A DNA stretch of 64,000 nt from Candidatus Wolfebacteria bacterium GW2011_GWB1_47_1 (GCA_001029635.1 CP011209.1:157352-221351), one strand, 5' to 3'; shown: positions 27,903 through 38,854, counted from the stretch's first letter. Numbers and translations are program-made. The notes: generated by a model not told the origin, from the sequence alone.

Positions 27903-30900
27903 ATGAAATTTGTCCACCTCCACACGCACTCCCACTATTCATTACTTGATGGTTTGGCAAAGATAGATGATCTCATTGATCGAGCAAAGGAACTTGGGAT
28001 GGAAGCACTCGCACTTACTGACCACGGGAATCTCTATGGGGCAGTTGAATTTTATGTAAAAGCAAAGAAGGCGGGTATTAAGCCGCTCCTTGGATTGGAG
28101 GCATATGTGGCAAAAGGAAGTAGACTAGATCGGCAATTAGTAAAGGATGAAAGCACGGGAACCGGCAAGAAGGCAAAAGAAAATTACAACCATCTTACGC
28201 TTATTTGTGAGAATGAGACGGGATGGAAAAATCTTTTAAAATTGTCATCAAGCTCCCATTTAGAAGGGTTTTATTATAAGCCACGTATCGATCGAGAGAT
28301 ATTAAATCAATGGCACGAAGGGCTTATTGCCCTATCGGGATGTCTTGGAGGAGAGATAGCACAATTTTGTGTACAAGGAAGAATGGAAGAGGCAGAAGCA
28401 ACGGCAAGGGAATATCTAAGCATATTCGGCAAAGATAATTTCTTTATAGAAATTTGGCATTTGCCACACATTCCTGATGCGGCAATCGCGGTAAAGGGAT
28501 TAAAAGAGATAGCAAAAAAGTTGAATATTCCCATGGTTGCAACAAAGGATATTCATTATGCGCGACCGGAAGACGCGCAATATCAAGATATTCTACTTGC
28601 GGTGCAGACAGGAAATACGGTGAATGACGCAAATCGTATGTCGATGATGGATGAGAATTATGCCATGAATTCGGCAGAAGAAATGGCAAGCTGGTTTCCT
28701 GATGTGCCTGAGGTGATAGAAAATACGAATAAGATTGCAGAGCGCTGTAATGTGACGCTTGAACTTGATGTGGTACGGTTGCCGAAGTTTGAAACACCGG
28801 GAGGGATGGATAGTATGGATTATCTCGAAAAACTTATTCGAGAGGGACTGTCGAGTCGGTACAAAGAAATAACACAGGAGGTGACCGATCGCATGGAATA
28901 TGAGATTGGAGTCATCCGTAATACGGGATATGCGGATTACTTTTTAATTGTGCAGGACTACATCAAATGGTCGCGTGATCACGGTGTAGTTGTCGGACCG
29001 GGTCGCGGATCGGCGGCAGGAAGTCTAGTTGCCTACGTGCTTACGATTACTGACGTCGATCCGATAAAATATGACCTACTTTTTGAGCGATTTCTTAATC
29101 CGGATCGCATTCAGATGCCCGATATCGACATTGACTTTGCGGATACCCGACGCGATGAAGTGGTAAATTATGTAAGGGAAAAGTATGGAGCCGATCGCGT
29201 TGCACAGATTATCACCTTTGGGACGATGGCGGCGCGCGCGGCTATCCGTGACGCGGGGCGCGCACTTGGATTGTCGTATGGGTTCTGTGATCAGGTTGCA
29301 AAACTTGTTCCCGCCCCCCCGACGCCGGTAAAAAGTCTTAAACAAGCTATGGAAGTAGTGGAGGAGTTGCGCACGATGTATGTGACCAATCCGGACGCAA
29401 AGAAATTACTCGACGCGGCACAAAAATTGGAAGGAGTTGCTCGACATGCATCGGTGCATGCCTGCGGAATTATCATTTCGGCAGAACCGTTGACCGACGT
29501 GGTCGCCTTGCAGCGGTCGCCGCAAAATGAAAATTCGGTCATCACGCAATTCGAACAAGGGATTATTGAAAAGTTGGGGCTGCTCAAAATGGACTTCTTG
29601 GGGTTGCGCAACCTGACAATCATCGAAGAAGCACTTCGATTGGTAAAAGAAAGTACGGGAGAACTGCTGAATATTTCGGATATTTCACTGGAAGATCCAA
29701 AAACATTCGAGGTATTACAGAATGGAGATACGGTCGGAGTGTTTCAATTTGAATCATCCGGTATGCGACGCTATCTCAAAGAATTACGTCCGACGGAATT
29801 TGAAGATGTCGTCGCTATGGTCGCATTGTACCGACCGGGGCCGATGGAACTTATTCCCGATTATATCAATCGAAAATACGGACGCGAAGAAGTAAAATTA
29901 TTGCATCCGATGCTCAAGCCAATCCTTGGTAAGACCTATGGTATCGGAATCTACCAGGAACAGATGATGCGCATCGCGCGCGACCTCGCGGGATATACGC
30001 TTGCAGAGGCAGACACATTACGTAAGGCGATCGGGAAAAAGATACAATCACTACTCGACGAACAAGAGGGGAAGCTGATCAACGGTATGATCGCCAATGG
30101 TATTAATGAGAAGGTTGCAAGAAAGATCTGGGAATTATTCCCACCGTTCGCAAAATATGGGTTTAATCGATCACACAGTGTCTGCTACGGGTTGATAGGC
30201 TATCAGACGGCATATCTCAAGGCGCACTACCCCATCGAATTTATGACTGCATTGTTCAATTCGGAGAGTGATGACGTGGAACGTATCGCATTTCTTATTG
30301 ACGAAGCAAAAAAACATTCCATTACGGTATCTCCTCCTGATATTAACGAGAGTGCTGTGAATTTCGCCCCGCAAGGAAAGATGATTAGATTTGGACTCGC
30401 CGCAATCAAAAATGTCGGGACGGCAGTGGTCGAGGCGATCATTGCGGAGCGGAAGGAGAACGGACCGTATGAAGGATTAGAGGACTTTTTGGCGCGGGTT
30501 AAGCACAAGGATGTGAATAAAAAATCCATAGAAAGTTTAACCAAGGCGGGGGTGTTCGACTCGTTTAAGATCGAGAGGGGTCAGGTGCTCGCGAACATGG
30601 ACGAGATTCTGCGCTATTCGCAGACGATGAAAAAAAACGAAACGTCCAATCAAACAAATCTATTTGGCACCGTGTATTCCAAGAGTGTGTTAAACCTACG
30701 AGAAGCCCCGCCTATTGCAAAGAAGGACAAACTGAATTGGGAAAAGGAATTACTTGGATTGTATATTTCCGACCATCCTCTTTCCGAGCATAAGGCGCAA
30801 TTGATGCAATATAAGGTCAAGGGGATCAAGGAGTTGCTTGCGCTTGACCAAAAAGATCAGAACAAGCATCGTATCGCAGGGGTTGTAACGAGTATTAAAA

Positions 30901-31106
30901 AGATTACGACAAAAAGTGGAAAGCCGATGGCATTTGCCCGCATCGAAGACGCGAATGAGAGCATTGAAGCGATCGTGTTTACGGAAACACTCGCCCGAAC
31001 TCAAAATCTTTGGTGTGAAAACAAATTAATTGTTGCCGAAGGGAAGCTTTCGGCAAAGGATTCGGATATGAAGTTTATCTGTGAAGGCGCAGTAGAGCTT
31101 GTTTAA
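27903..31106 (+). CDS. dnaE: DNA polymerase III alpha subunit
   Basis: PHP domain MKFVHLHTHSHYSLLDG, polymerase core motifs (GPGRGSAAGSLVAYVL, DIDIDF) and OB fold; about 1068 aa from the MKFVH start. Confidence 0.92.
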   Translation: MKFVHLHTHSHYSLLDGLAKIDDLIDRAKELGMEALALTDHGNLYGAVEFYVKAKKAGIKPLLGLEAYVAKGSRLDRQLVKDESTGTGKKAKENYNHLTLICENETGWKNLLKLSSSSHLEGFYYKPRIDREILNQWHEGLIALSGCLGGEIAQFCVQGRMEEAEATAREYLSIFGKDNFFIEIWHLPHIPDAAIAVKGLKEIAKKLNIPMVATKDIHYARPEDAQYQDILLAVQTGNTVNDANRMSMMDENYAMNSAEEMASWFPDVPEVIENTNKIAERCNVTLELDVVRLPKFETPGGMDSMDYLEKLIREGLSSRYKEITQEVTDRMEYEIGVIRNTGYADYFLIVQDYIKWSRDHGVVVGPGRGSAAGSLVAYVLTITDVDPIKYDLLFERFLNPDRIQMPDIDIDFADTRRDEVVNYVREKYGADRVAQIITFGTMAARAAIRDAGRALGLSYGFCDQVAKLVPAPPTPVKSLKQAMEVVEELRTMYVTNPDAKKLLDAAQKLEGVARHASVHACGIIISAEPLTDVVALQRSPQNENSVITQFEQGIIEKLGLLKMDFLGLRNLTIIEEALRLVKESTGELLNISDISLEDPKTFEVLQNGDTVGVFQFESSGMRRYLKELRPTEFEDVVAMVALYRPGPMELIPDYINRKYGREEVKLLHPMLKPILGKTYGIGIYQEQMMRIARDLAGYTLAEADTLRKAIGKKIQSLLDEQEGKLINGMIANGINEKVARKIWELFPPFAKYGFNRSHSVCYGLIGYQTAYLKAHYPIEFMTALFNSESDDVERIAFLIDEAKKHSITVSPPDINESAVNFAPQGKMIRFGLAAIKNVGTAVVEAIIAERKENGPYEGLEDFLARVKHKDVNKKSIESLTKAGVFDSFKIERGQVLANMDEILRYSQTMKKNETSNQTNLFGTVYSKSVLNLREAPPIAKKDKLNWEKELLGLYISDHPLSEHKAQLMQYKVKGIKELLALDQKDQNKHRIAGVVTSIKKITTKSGKPMAFARIEDANESIEAIVFTETLARTQNLWCENKLIVAEGKLSAKDSDMKFICEGAVELV

Positions 31107-31139
31107 CCGAAAAACCCATAACTCACAACCAATAACAAA

Positions 31140-31170
31140 AAAAGCCGGCGCGAGCGCCGGCTTTTTTGCA
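31140..31170 (+). terminator. Terminator after dnaE
   Basis: AAAAAGCCGGCGCGAGCGCCGGCTTTTTTG. Confidence 0.65.
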
Positions 31171-31268
31171 ATTTAGTTCATTTTGGCGTTTAATAAAAGC
31201 AAATATCACTTATATTTCCCGGCGTGGGCGCTATTCTTGCGGAGGCGGGAATCCAGTATGTAAAAACT

Positions 31269-33086
31269 ATGGAGCTGATTAAAAAAGAACAAAACAATAT
31301 CGAAAAAGTAAGGCATTCCCTCTCTCATTTATTGGCGGAGGCAGTTTTGAAGCAGTTTCCGGGGGCAAAGCTCGGCATCGGTCCGGTGATTGAAAACGGA
31401 TTCTATTATGATATCGATCTCGGAGATTCGAAGTTGGCCGAGAAGAATTTGCAGGTTCTGGAAAACCGCATAAAAGGCCTCGTAAAAAAAGGACTAGCCT
31501 TTACGAAAGAAGTGATAACCCATAAAGAAGCAAAGGAATTATTTAAAGATCAGCCCTATAAACTTGAGCTTATCGAGGATCTCGAAAGGGAGGGCAAAGA
31601 GCCAACCATCTACATAACCAAAGATAAGGACGCGACTATTTTTACGGATCTATGTGTGGGGCCGCACGTGGATTCGACCACTGAAATAGACCCGGAATCC
31701 TTTAAATTGCAGAAAATCGCAGGGGCATATTGGAGAGGCTCAGAAAAGAATCAAATGCTTACCCGTATTTATGGTGTGGCGTTTGAGAATAAGGAAGCTT
31801 TGGATCAATACCTCTTGATGATGGAAGAAGCAGAGAAGCGAGATCATCGAAAGCTTGGGAAGGAGCTTGATTTATTCCATATTGACGACATTGTAGGGCT
31901 TGGGTTGCCACTATGGCACCCTAAGGGAGCGCTATTGTGGCGTATCATCGAAGATTTCTGGTACGAGAAGCATTTGCAAGGAGGGTATGATCTCGTGAGA
32001 AGCCCGCATATTGGGAACCGATCCCTTTGGGAAACGTCAGGACATTGGGGGTTCTATAATAAATCGATGTATCCCCCGCTCGAGGTAGGGCAAACACTCG
32101 AAGATCGTCAGCACGAAGAAAAGGCGAAGACATCGGAGGAATATCTCTTAAAGCCGATGAATTGTCCATTCCATGTGCAGATCTACAAAAACGACATTCG
32201 TTCCTATCGAAGTTTACCATTCCGCTGGGCTGAATGCGGCACAGTTTATCGCTTTGAGAAAAAAGGAGAACTTTCTGGGTTGACCCGGGTTCGCGGGTTT
32301 ACTCAGGATGATGCACATATCATCTGCCGAAAAGATCAAGTAGAATACGAGCTAAAGCGCGTAATCGACTTTATACTCTTTATGTATAAGTCGTTCGGGT
32401 TTAATATCGAAGATGTGCATGTCTACCTTTCCCTAAGGGATCCGAAGGATAAGAGCAATTACGCGGGAAGCGATGAGGGATGGGAGTTCTCGGAGGGCGT
32501 ATTGAGAAAGGTGGCGCAAGAGAAAGGGCTCAATTTCGAAGAAGAAGAAGGAGAAGCCGCATTTTATGGGCCAAAGCTGGACTTCAAGATCCGAGACGCT
32601 ATTGGAAGGGAGTGGCAGTGTTCAACGCTGCAGTTCGACTTCAACCTTCCGGAGCGTTTTGATATGTCGTTTATTAACAATAAAGGAGAGCAGGAGCGTC
32701 CATATATGCTGCATCGAGCATTATTCGGCTCATACGAGCGGTTTATCGGTTTATTAATAGAACATTATGCTGGGGCGTTTCCTTTGTGGCTCTCCCCAAC
32801 TCAAGTAACGATCCTTAATGTAGGAGAAGATCACCTCGAATATGCAAAGGAGGTGGCTGACAAGCTAAGAGAAGGAGGGGTTCGGGTAGAAGTGGCAGAT
32901 GAAAATACGAGTGTGGGAAAGAAGATCCGATCCGCAGAGATGAAAAAGACACCATATGTGCTTGTTGTAGGAGACAAAGAGGTCGAGGCAAGGTCAGTTG
33001 CCGTCCGCAAGCGCGGAGAAGGAGATCTCGGAGTAAAAGAGTTGGATGTATTTATAGAAGAAATTAAAGGTGAAATAAAGAAATAA
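31269..33086 (+). CDS. thrS: Threonine--tRNA ligase (compact form lacking the N-terminal TGS domain)
   Basis: Class II motifs (FRWAECGTVYRFE, GFTQDDAHIIC, HRALFGSYERFIGLLIEHYAGAFPLWLSP) and a C-terminal anticodon-binding domain; the start could also be 31224. Confidence 0.85.
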   Translation: MELIKKEQNNIEKVRHSLSHLLAEAVLKQFPGAKLGIGPVIENGFYYDIDLGDSKLAEKNLQVLENRIKGLVKKGLAFTKEVITHKEAKELFKDQPYKLELIEDLEREGKEPTIYITKDKDATIFTDLCVGPHVDSTTEIDPESFKLQKIAGAYWRGSEKNQMLTRIYGVAFENKEALDQYLLMMEEAEKRDHRKLGKELDLFHIDDIVGLGLPLWHPKGALLWRIIEDFWYEKHLQGGYDLVRSPHIGNRSLWETSGHWGFYNKSMYPPLEVGQTLEDRQHEEKAKTSEEYLLKPMNCPFHVQIYKNDIRSYRSLPFRWAECGTVYRFEKKGELSGLTRVRGFTQDDAHIICRKDQVEYELKRVIDFILFMYKSFGFNIEDVHVYLSLRDPKDKSNYAGSDEGWEFSEGVLRKVAQEKGLNFEEEEGEAAFYGPKLDFKIRDAIGREWQCSTLQFDFNLPERFDMSFINNKGEQERPYMLHRALFGSYERFIGLLIEHYAGAFPLWLSPTQVTILNVGEDHLEYAKEVADKLREGGVRVEVADENTSVGKKIRSAEMKKTPYVLVVGDKEVEARSVAVRKRGEGDLGVKELDVFIEEIKGEIKK

Positions 33087-33087
33087 C

Positions 33088-33118
33088 AAAAAACCAGGCA
33101 TAGCCTGGTTTTTTTGTG
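33088..33118 (+). terminator. Terminator after thrS
   Basis: AAAAAACCAGGCATAGCCTGGTTTTTTTG. Confidence 0.65.
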
Positions 33119-33169
33119 CGATTCTGTAAACTTTTTACTATGGATGGTATACTCCTATGATAAAGAGAT

Positions 33170-33772
33170 ATGATGGAATTATTACTGACAAACTTCACGG
33201 AAATAGGGATTTTTGCGACATACACAATCATCTTTTTCGGCATGTTTGTCGAAGGGGAAGCTTTTTTAATACTGGCAGGCATTTTAGTGCGCGGGAAGGT
33301 GATCGATTACACAGATACAATACTTATCGCGCTTTTTGCGGTCGTTTTGCACGATGTTGGGTACTGGGCGATTGGGAAAAAGCTCGGAATGAGTAGAAAA
33401 ACGCAATTTTGGTTCATAAATACGGAGAAAATGGGGAAAATATTTAAAAAACTCCAAAAAAGAGAGGGTTTATATATTTTTATGTCAAAATTCGCTTGGG
33501 GGATGAACCGATTTACGCTTCTTTCGAGTGGATATTTTAGTACACCACTGCAAAAATTTCTAAAGTACAGTGTCCCCGCGGCATTTATCTGGACGACGAC
33601 CTTTGTTTCAGTGGGATATATGTTTGCCGATAGGGCTGGATTATGGAAAAAGGATGTAAAGAATGTAGCTCTGCTCGCGGCTGTATTTTTTGTCGGAATG
33701 ATCGTTTTTGAGTATCAGGTTGGGAAGTCAATCAAAGAAGACGCCAATCTTCCTAACGGGGAAGACTGCTAA
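33170..33772 (+). CDS. DedA/TVP38-family membrane protein
   Basis: DedA signature region FFGMFVEGEAFLILAGILV... plus multiple TM segments. Confidence 0.65.
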   Translation: MMELLLTNFTEIGIFATYTIIFFGMFVEGEAFLILAGILVRGKVIDYTDTILIALFAVVLHDVGYWAIGKKLGMSRKTQFWFINTEKMGKIFKKLQKREGLYIFMSKFAWGMNRFTLLSSGYFSTPLQKFLKYSVPAAFIWTTTFVSVGYMFADRAGLWKKDVKNVALLAAVFFVGMIVFEYQVGKSIKEDANLPNGEDC

Positions 33773-33836
33773 AGCAGTATAATAGACCTGCAATTACCTA
33801 AAACAAAAGAACAAGAGGAAGGGTCGAATTCTCGTT

Positions 33837-34005
33837 GCGAGCTGTGAAAATAGGGATAAAATAGGCGCAAAAAATCTCCTCAAAAATAGAGGAGCTGGGT
33901 CCCGTATAAAGGATGGGAGATTTTCGATTTTGTCAGAGATTTTTAAGCCTATTACCTATTTTTAGTCCGTTCGCGCTTTTTGCCGTACTTTTATTAAAAA
34001 AGTAC
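33837..34005. repeat. Copy C of the roughly 143-bp TIR/hairpin element (33837-33976) plus the GTAC palindrome (33985-34005)
   Basis: TIRs GCGAGCtGTGAAAATAGGgataaaATAGG and CCTATtaCCTATTTTTAgtccGTTCGCGC; apex CCCGT-ATAAAGG-ATGGG. The downstream 35 nt GAAAGAGTGAATTCCCGCCTCCGCGGGAATGAAGC parallels the region downstream of copy B. Confidence 0.7.
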
Positions 34006-34057
34006 GAAAGAGTGAATTCCCGCCTCCGCGGGAATGAAGCAGCTATGACAAAAAACA

Positions 34058-34086
34058 TTGACTAATTAAAGAACTGCAGGTATTAT
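34058..34086 (+). promoter_or_regulatory. Sigma70-like promoter TTGACT-N17-TATTAT for the tRNA-Val / S12 operon region
   Basis: TTGACT at 34058-34063, 17-bp spacer, TATTAT at 34081-34086, about 37 nt upstream of tRNA-Val. Confidence 0.5.
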
Positions 34087-34122
34087 ATATGCACTTGAGA
34101 AGTGGAGATTTTATCTACAAAA

Positions 34123-34196
34123 GGGTGATTAGCTCAGTTGGTTAGAGCACCTCGTTTACACCGAGGGGGTCGGGGGTTCGAATCCCTCATCACCCA
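34123..34196 (+). tRNA. tRNA-Val (TAC)
   Basis: GGGTGATTAGCTCAGTTGGTTAGAGCACCTCGTTTACACCGAGGGGGTCGGGGGTTCGAATCCCTCATCACCCA, canonical. Confidence 0.9.
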
Positions 34197-34506
34197 CCCT
34201 TTTCGAAGCATTGCTTCGATTTGGAATAGCCACCGAAATGGAAAATACGTACGGAGCTGATACGGACGTACTAATCATCACGGAGCGGCAAACTACATCG
34301 GGAAACACACGACGACACGAGTAAAAAGAAGTGTCGGAGCAGGTACTGGTGTAGCTGTTTGAAACCCTTTTGGATCATTGCATTCATGGCGAAAGAATCA
34401 CTCCCTTGATTCGATATCATGCGCAAAAATCCGATAAAAGGGATTGTATTCGTGTGTCTAATAATAAAAACCGAATGCGTAATAAATATACGTGTTCGAA
34501 AAATAA

Positions 34507-34637
34507 AGAGAACTTAGTGATTTTAGATGAAATGCGAGGCGCGGGAACGGCTCGAGGAAGCCGTACTTACCGGTACGGCGACCGAAGAGAGGGGGACCCG
34601 CAACGAAGCAGTTCGCTAAAAACATAAGTTCTCAGAG
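34507..34637. repeat. Copy X of the conserved roughly 85-nt structured element (core 34538-34620) with a flanking imperfect inverted repeat, in the long leader upstream of rpsL
   Basis: Core GCGAGGCGCGGGAACGG...GAAGCCGTACTTACCGGTACGGCGACCGAAGAGAGGGGGACCCGCAACGAAGCAGTTCGC; flanks AGAGAACTTAG and CATAAGTTCTC. Confidence 0.6.
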
Positions 34638-34641
34638 AAGG

Positions 34642-35058
34642 ATGCCAACTATAAGACAACTAATAAAGACAGGACGACAGAGTAAATCTGTTAAGTCGAA
34701 GTCTCCGGCAATGGGTCTGTATTTCAACACGATCCACAACAAGCCGGTGAGCTCGACGTCTCCGTTTAAGCGCGGAGTATGTTTGAAGGTGTTTACCACC
34801 ACTCCGAAGAAGCCGAACTCGGCGCTTCGAAAGGTCGCGCGTATTCGTTTGACCAACGGTATGGAAGTTACCGCATACATCCCGGGAATGGGACATAACT
34901 TGCAGGAACACTCGGTCGTCATGATTCGTGGCGGACGCGTTAAGGACTTGCCAGGTGTGCGATATCACATCGTTCGCGGCGTACTCGATACGACCGGATG
35001 TGTGAAGATGAACCAGAGCCGCAGCAAGTATGGGGCTAAGAAGGCGAAAAAAGCGTAA
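34642..35058 (+). CDS. rpsL: 30S ribosomal protein S12
   Basis: [12 protein letters not shown]...[19 protein letters not shown]... Confidence 0.93.
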   Translation: MPTIRQLIKTGRQSKSVKSKSPAMGLYFNTIHNKPVSSTSPFKRGVCLKVFTTTPKKPNSALRKVARIRLTNGMEVTAYIPGMGHNLQEHSVVMIRGGRVKDLPGVRYHIVRGVLDTTGCVKMNQSRSKYGAKKAKKA

Positions 35059-35077
35059 AGCGTAATAAAAAAAAGAT

Positions 35078-35545
35078 ATGCGAAGAAATAGAAAATTCAA
35101 AAAGTATCATACGCCGGACGTAAAGCACGGATCCATCGCCTTGAGCCGATTCATCAATTACATGATGTTTGACGGAGAAAAGACGGTTGCGGAACGGGTT
35201 GTATACGGAGCGTTCAATATTATAGAAAAAGAAATGCAGATGAACCCGATGGAAGTGTTCGAGAAGGCGCTAGAAAACGCCTCTCCCCTCCTCGAAGTAG
35301 TCAGTAAGCGCGTTGGTGGTGCGAACTATCAGGTTCCCCGCGAAGTACGCGCAGAACGAAAGTTTTTCTTGGGTTGCAAGTGGATGATCGATGCGGCACG
35401 AGCTAAAAAAGGCAAGGCCATGTCAGAGCGTCTCGCTGAAGAACTCATCGCTTCCTATAAGGGCGAAGGAACTGCGATCAAGAAGAAGCAGAACGTGCAC
35501 AAGATGGCCGAAGCAAACCGCGCCTTTGCACACTTTGCAAGATAA
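35078..35545 (+). CDS. rpsG: 30S ribosomal protein S7
   Basis: 155 aa, S7 pattern (DGEKTVAERVVYGAF...), positioned between rpsL and fusA. Confidence 0.9.
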   Translation: MRRNRKFKKYHTPDVKHGSIALSRFINYMMFDGEKTVAERVVYGAFNIIEKEMQMNPMEVFEKALENASPLLEVVSKRVGGANYQVPREVRAERKFFLGCKWMIDAARAKKGKAMSERLAEELIASYKGEGTAIKKKQNVHKMAEANRAFAHFAR

Positions 35546-35655
35546 CTAAAAAGGAAAACGGAATATGAAAAATGGAAAAGGGAACGATGGAATAGTGCTT
35601 AATTAAAGGCAAAGACCACCCTATTCCGAAATCCCTATTCCGAAACCCATTATTT

Positions 35656-37803
35656 ATGAGACAATATCCAATAGAAAGATATCGCGACATTGGAATTATT
35701 GCCCACATTGATGCGGGCAAGACAACAATCAGCGAACGTATTTTGTTCTATACTGGCATCTCACATCGCATCGGCGAAGTGCATGAAGGAGAAGCCATCA
35801 TGGACTGGATGGAACAGGAGCGAGAGCGTGGCATCACTATTACGTCTGCCGCGACAAACTGCTTTTGGACATCGAGCAGAAAAACGCGCCATTTGAAGAC
35901 AAATGAGGAGCGTCAAGAGGCAAAGAGAGGGAACGAACATCGCATCAACATTATCGATACGCCGGGCCACGTAGACTTTACCGTTGAAGTGGAGCGCTCA
36001 TTACGCGTACTCGACGGAGCGGTGTGTGCATTCGATGGCGTTGCGGGAGTTGAGCCACAATCGGAAACGGTGTGGCACCAGGCGGACAAGTACAAGGTTC
36101 CGCGCATGTGCTTCATCAACAAGTTGGATCGCACTGGAGCAAGCTTTGACTATTCGTTTAAGACAATCCACGAGCGATTAACCACCAACGCGGTGGCCAT
36201 CCAGTATCCGATCGGTTCAGAAGCTGCGTTCGAAGGAGTCGTTGACCTGATGACCATGAAGGCGATCCGCTTCCAGGGTGATCATGGCGAAAACATCATC
36301 GAAGGAGAAATCCCGGCAGACTTGAAGGAAAAGGCGGAAAAGATGCATGCGGAACTAGTCGAAAAGATCGTCGAGACCGATGAGGCATTAATGGAAAAGT
36401 ATCTCGCAGGAGAAGAGCTTTCAGAAGAGGAATTGCGCGGTGGATTGCGACGGGCAACCATCGACAATAAGATCGTGCCGGTATTGACCGGTTCGGCCTT
36501 GAAGAACAAAGGCGTGCAGCTTTTGCTCGACGCAGTGCTCGATTATCTGCCGTCACCGGTAGATGTCGACGAACTGAAGCCGGCAAAGGGTACCGACATC
36601 AAGGACGAGACGATCGAATTGTTCCGTAAGCCGAACGACGAAGAGCCATTCACGGCGCTTGCGTTCAAGATCGCGACTGACCCGTTTGTCGGATCACTTA
36701 CCTACTTCCGCGTATACTCGGGTGTGCTTAAGAAGGGTAGCTACGTATTGAACTCCACAAAGGGAGATCAGGAGCGTATTAGCCGCATCGTGCGCATGCA
36801 CTCGAACAAGCGTGAAGAAGTTGACGAAATGTATGCGGGAGACCTTGGCGCTATCGTCGGGTTGAAGAATACATCGACCGGAGACACCTTATGCGATCCG
36901 GAAAAGCCGATCATTCTTGAGAGAATTACCTTCCCTGAGCCGGTTATCTCGGTTCGTATCGAGCCAAAGACGAAGGCTGACCAGGAGAAGATGGGTATCG
37001 CAATGCGACGCCTTGCAGAAGAAGATCCGACCTTCCGAATCGAATCCGACCAGGAAACGGGAGAAACGATTATCAAGGGAATGGGGGAACTGCACCTTGA
37101 AATTCTTATCGACCGTATGAAGCGTGAGTTTAATGTTGAAGCAAACACGGGACGACCGCAGGTAGCGTATCGCGAAGCCATCAAGGGCGAAGCGGATGCT
37201 GAAGGAAAGTATGTGAAGCAATCTGGCGGTAAGGGCCAATATGGTCACGTAAAGATCAAGATGAAGCCGTCAGAACAAGGCAAGGGATTTGTCTTTAATA
37301 ACCAGATCAAAGGAGGAGCGATTCCGCAGGAATTTATCTCCCCTGTTGAAAAGGGATTGCGCGAATCAATGGATAAGGGTGTCATCGCAGGATTTCCGTT
37401 GTCTGATGTCGAAGTGACATTGTACGATGGATCATTCCACGAAGTAGACTCATCCGAAATCGCGTTCAAACTCGCCGCAGGCATGGCATTCGCCGAGGCA
37501 GCGAAGAAGGCAAAGCCGGTATTGACCGAACCGTTCATGCAGGTGCAGGTGCTCGTGCCGACCGAGTTCATGGGTGATATCACCGGTGACATCAACTCGA
37601 AGCGCGGACGCATTGAAGCGATGAATGATCGCTCAAACATTAAGGTTATCGACGCACAGGTACCGTTGTCCGAAATGTTCGGATACGCGACTAAGCTGCG
37701 CTCCATGACGCAAGGTCGAGGAAGCTTCTCTATGGTCTTTGACCACTATGAAGAAGTGCCGAACAACATCACCCAACAGATCGTTGAAGGCAAAAAACAG
37801 TAA
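35656..37803 (+). CDS. fusA: Elongation factor G
   Basis: G domain [21 protein letters not shown]; five-domain EF-G architecture with an insertion in the G domain. Confidence 0.92.
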   Translation: MRQYPIERYRDIGIIAHIDAGKTTISERILFYTGISHRIGEVHEGEAIMDWMEQERERGITITSAATNCFWTSSRKTRHLKTNEERQEAKRGNEHRINIIDTPGHVDFTVEVERSLRVLDGAVCAFDGVAGVEPQSETVWHQADKYKVPRMCFINKLDRTGASFDYSFKTIHERLTTNAVAIQYPIGSEAAFEGVVDLMTMKAIRFQGDHGENIIEGEIPADLKEKAEKMHAELVEKIVETDEALMEKYLAGEELSEEELRGGLRRATIDNKIVPVLTGSALKNKGVQLLLDAVLDYLPSPVDVDELKPAKGTDIKDETIELFRKPNDEEPFTALAFKIATDPFVGSLTYFRVYSGVLKKGSYVLNSTKGDQERISRIVRMHSNKREEVDEMYAGDLGAIVGLKNTSTGDTLCDPEKPIILERITFPEPVISVRIEPKTKADQEKMGIAMRRLAEEDPTFRIESDQETGETIIKGMGELHLEILIDRMKREFNVEANTGRPQVAYREAIKGEADAEGKYVKQSGGKGQYGHVKIKMKPSEQGKGFVFNNQIKGGAIPQEFISPVEKGLRESMDKGVIAGFPLSDVEVTLYDGSFHEVDSSEIAFKLAAGMAFAEAAKKAKPVLTEPFMQVQVLVPTEFMGDITGDINSKRGRIEAMNDRSNIKVIDAQVPLSEMFGYATKLRSMTQGRGSFSMVFDHYEEVPNNITQQIVEGKKQ

Positions 37804-37863
37804 TTTGACTTAAACTACTTATTTCGGTACAACAAGAAATAAGCGGAATAAGACTGAAAAGAT

Positions 37864-38205
37864 ATGGATTATACAATTGACGCAAAAAATCAAAATATGG
37901 GGCGACTTGCAACGGAGATCGCAACGATCTTGCAGGGCAAGAAGAACCCGAACTATGAGCCGCGTCTCGCCGGAGAAGATCGGGTGATCGTAAAGAACAT
38001 CGACGGTATGACGGTCAGCGGAAAGAAGGAAACCGACAAGGTCTACTACCACCACACTGGATACATGGGCGGACTCAAAGAAGAAACCTATGAGGAGGTC
38101 GTGGCAAAGAAAGGAAAGCAGGAGGTGTTGCGACGTGCGGTTATGCGCATGTTGCCGAAGAACCGATTGCAAGTTCCCCGCATGAAGCGGTTGATCATCG
38201 AATAA
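37864..38205 (+). CDS. rplM: 50S ribosomal protein L13 (short form)
   Basis: IDAKNQNMGRLATEIATILQGKKNP... is typical of the L13 N-terminus; followed by rpsI as in the conserved rplM-rpsI operon. Confidence 0.8.
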   Translation: MDYTIDAKNQNMGRLATEIATILQGKKNPNYEPRLAGEDRVIVKNIDGMTVSGKKETDKVYYHHTGYMGGLKEETYEEVVAKKGKQEVLRRAVMRMLPKNRLQVPRMKRLIIE

Positions 38206-38212
38206 TAAAACT

Positions 38213-38767
38213 ATGACGGAAACAACTAAAAAAATAAAACACGAAGAAGCCGATGAGGTTCTCGAAGTGACCGAAGACGTGCTGACGCACGAGGAGGAAG
38301 CTGATGAAGACCTGGCAATCGAGGAAGTAGCTGTCGCCGATGACACCGCCGAGGGAAAGCCGAAGCGCGGAGCCAAGAAGGAGAAATACTTCGAAGCCGT
38401 CGGACGCCGAAAGACCGCCGTTGCTCGCGTCCGCCTCTTCACTAAAATGGAAGGCATCAAGATCAACGATAAGACTTTGAAGGGATACTTCGGAGTTGAG
38501 CGTTTTGAAAAGGATGTTGAGAGTCCGCTGGATAAGATGAAGATTGCCGACAAGCTCGGAGCGATCATCAAGGTAAAGGGCGGAGGACCGATGGCGCAGG
38601 CACAGGCCGCGCGTCTCGGAATCGCACGGGCATTGATCAAGTTCAACCCGGTATTCCAGAAGCGCTTGCGCAGACTCGATCTGTTGACTCGCGATCCGCG
38701 AGCAGTAGAACGAAAGAAGCCGGGCCTCAAAAAGGCACGACGCGCACCGCAGTGGAAGAAGCGCTAA
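38213..38767 (+). CDS. rpsI: 30S ribosomal protein S9 with an acidic N-terminal extension
   Basis: Core YFEAVGRRKTAVARVRL...GGGPMAQAQAARLGIARAL...KKPGLKKARRAPQWKKR. Confidence 0.88.
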   Translation: MTETTKKIKHEEADEVLEVTEDVLTHEEEADEDLAIEEVAVADDTAEGKPKRGAKKEKYFEAVGRRKTAVARVRLFTKMEGIKINDKTLKGYFGVERFEKDVESPLDKMKIADKLGAIIKVKGGGPMAQAQAARLGIARALIKFNPVFQKRLRRLDLLTRDPRAVERKKPGLKKARRAPQWKKR

Positions 38768-38854
38768 GAATTTTCATAATTCTTTACTTGCCGTCTCTCT
38801 GCCGAGCATAAACCCGTGTACTCTTGTATCTTGCGATAAGAGACACACAACAAA

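Noticed and set aside
34370-34627. 85-aa ORF in the rpsL leader
   Set aside because: Basic low-complexity translation with no RBS, overlapping the conserved structured element; more likely non-coding leader.
35620-35650. Direct repeat CCCTATTCCGAAA twice, upstream of fusA
   Set aside because: Only two short copies in the RBS region; likely coincidental or ordinary leader sequence.
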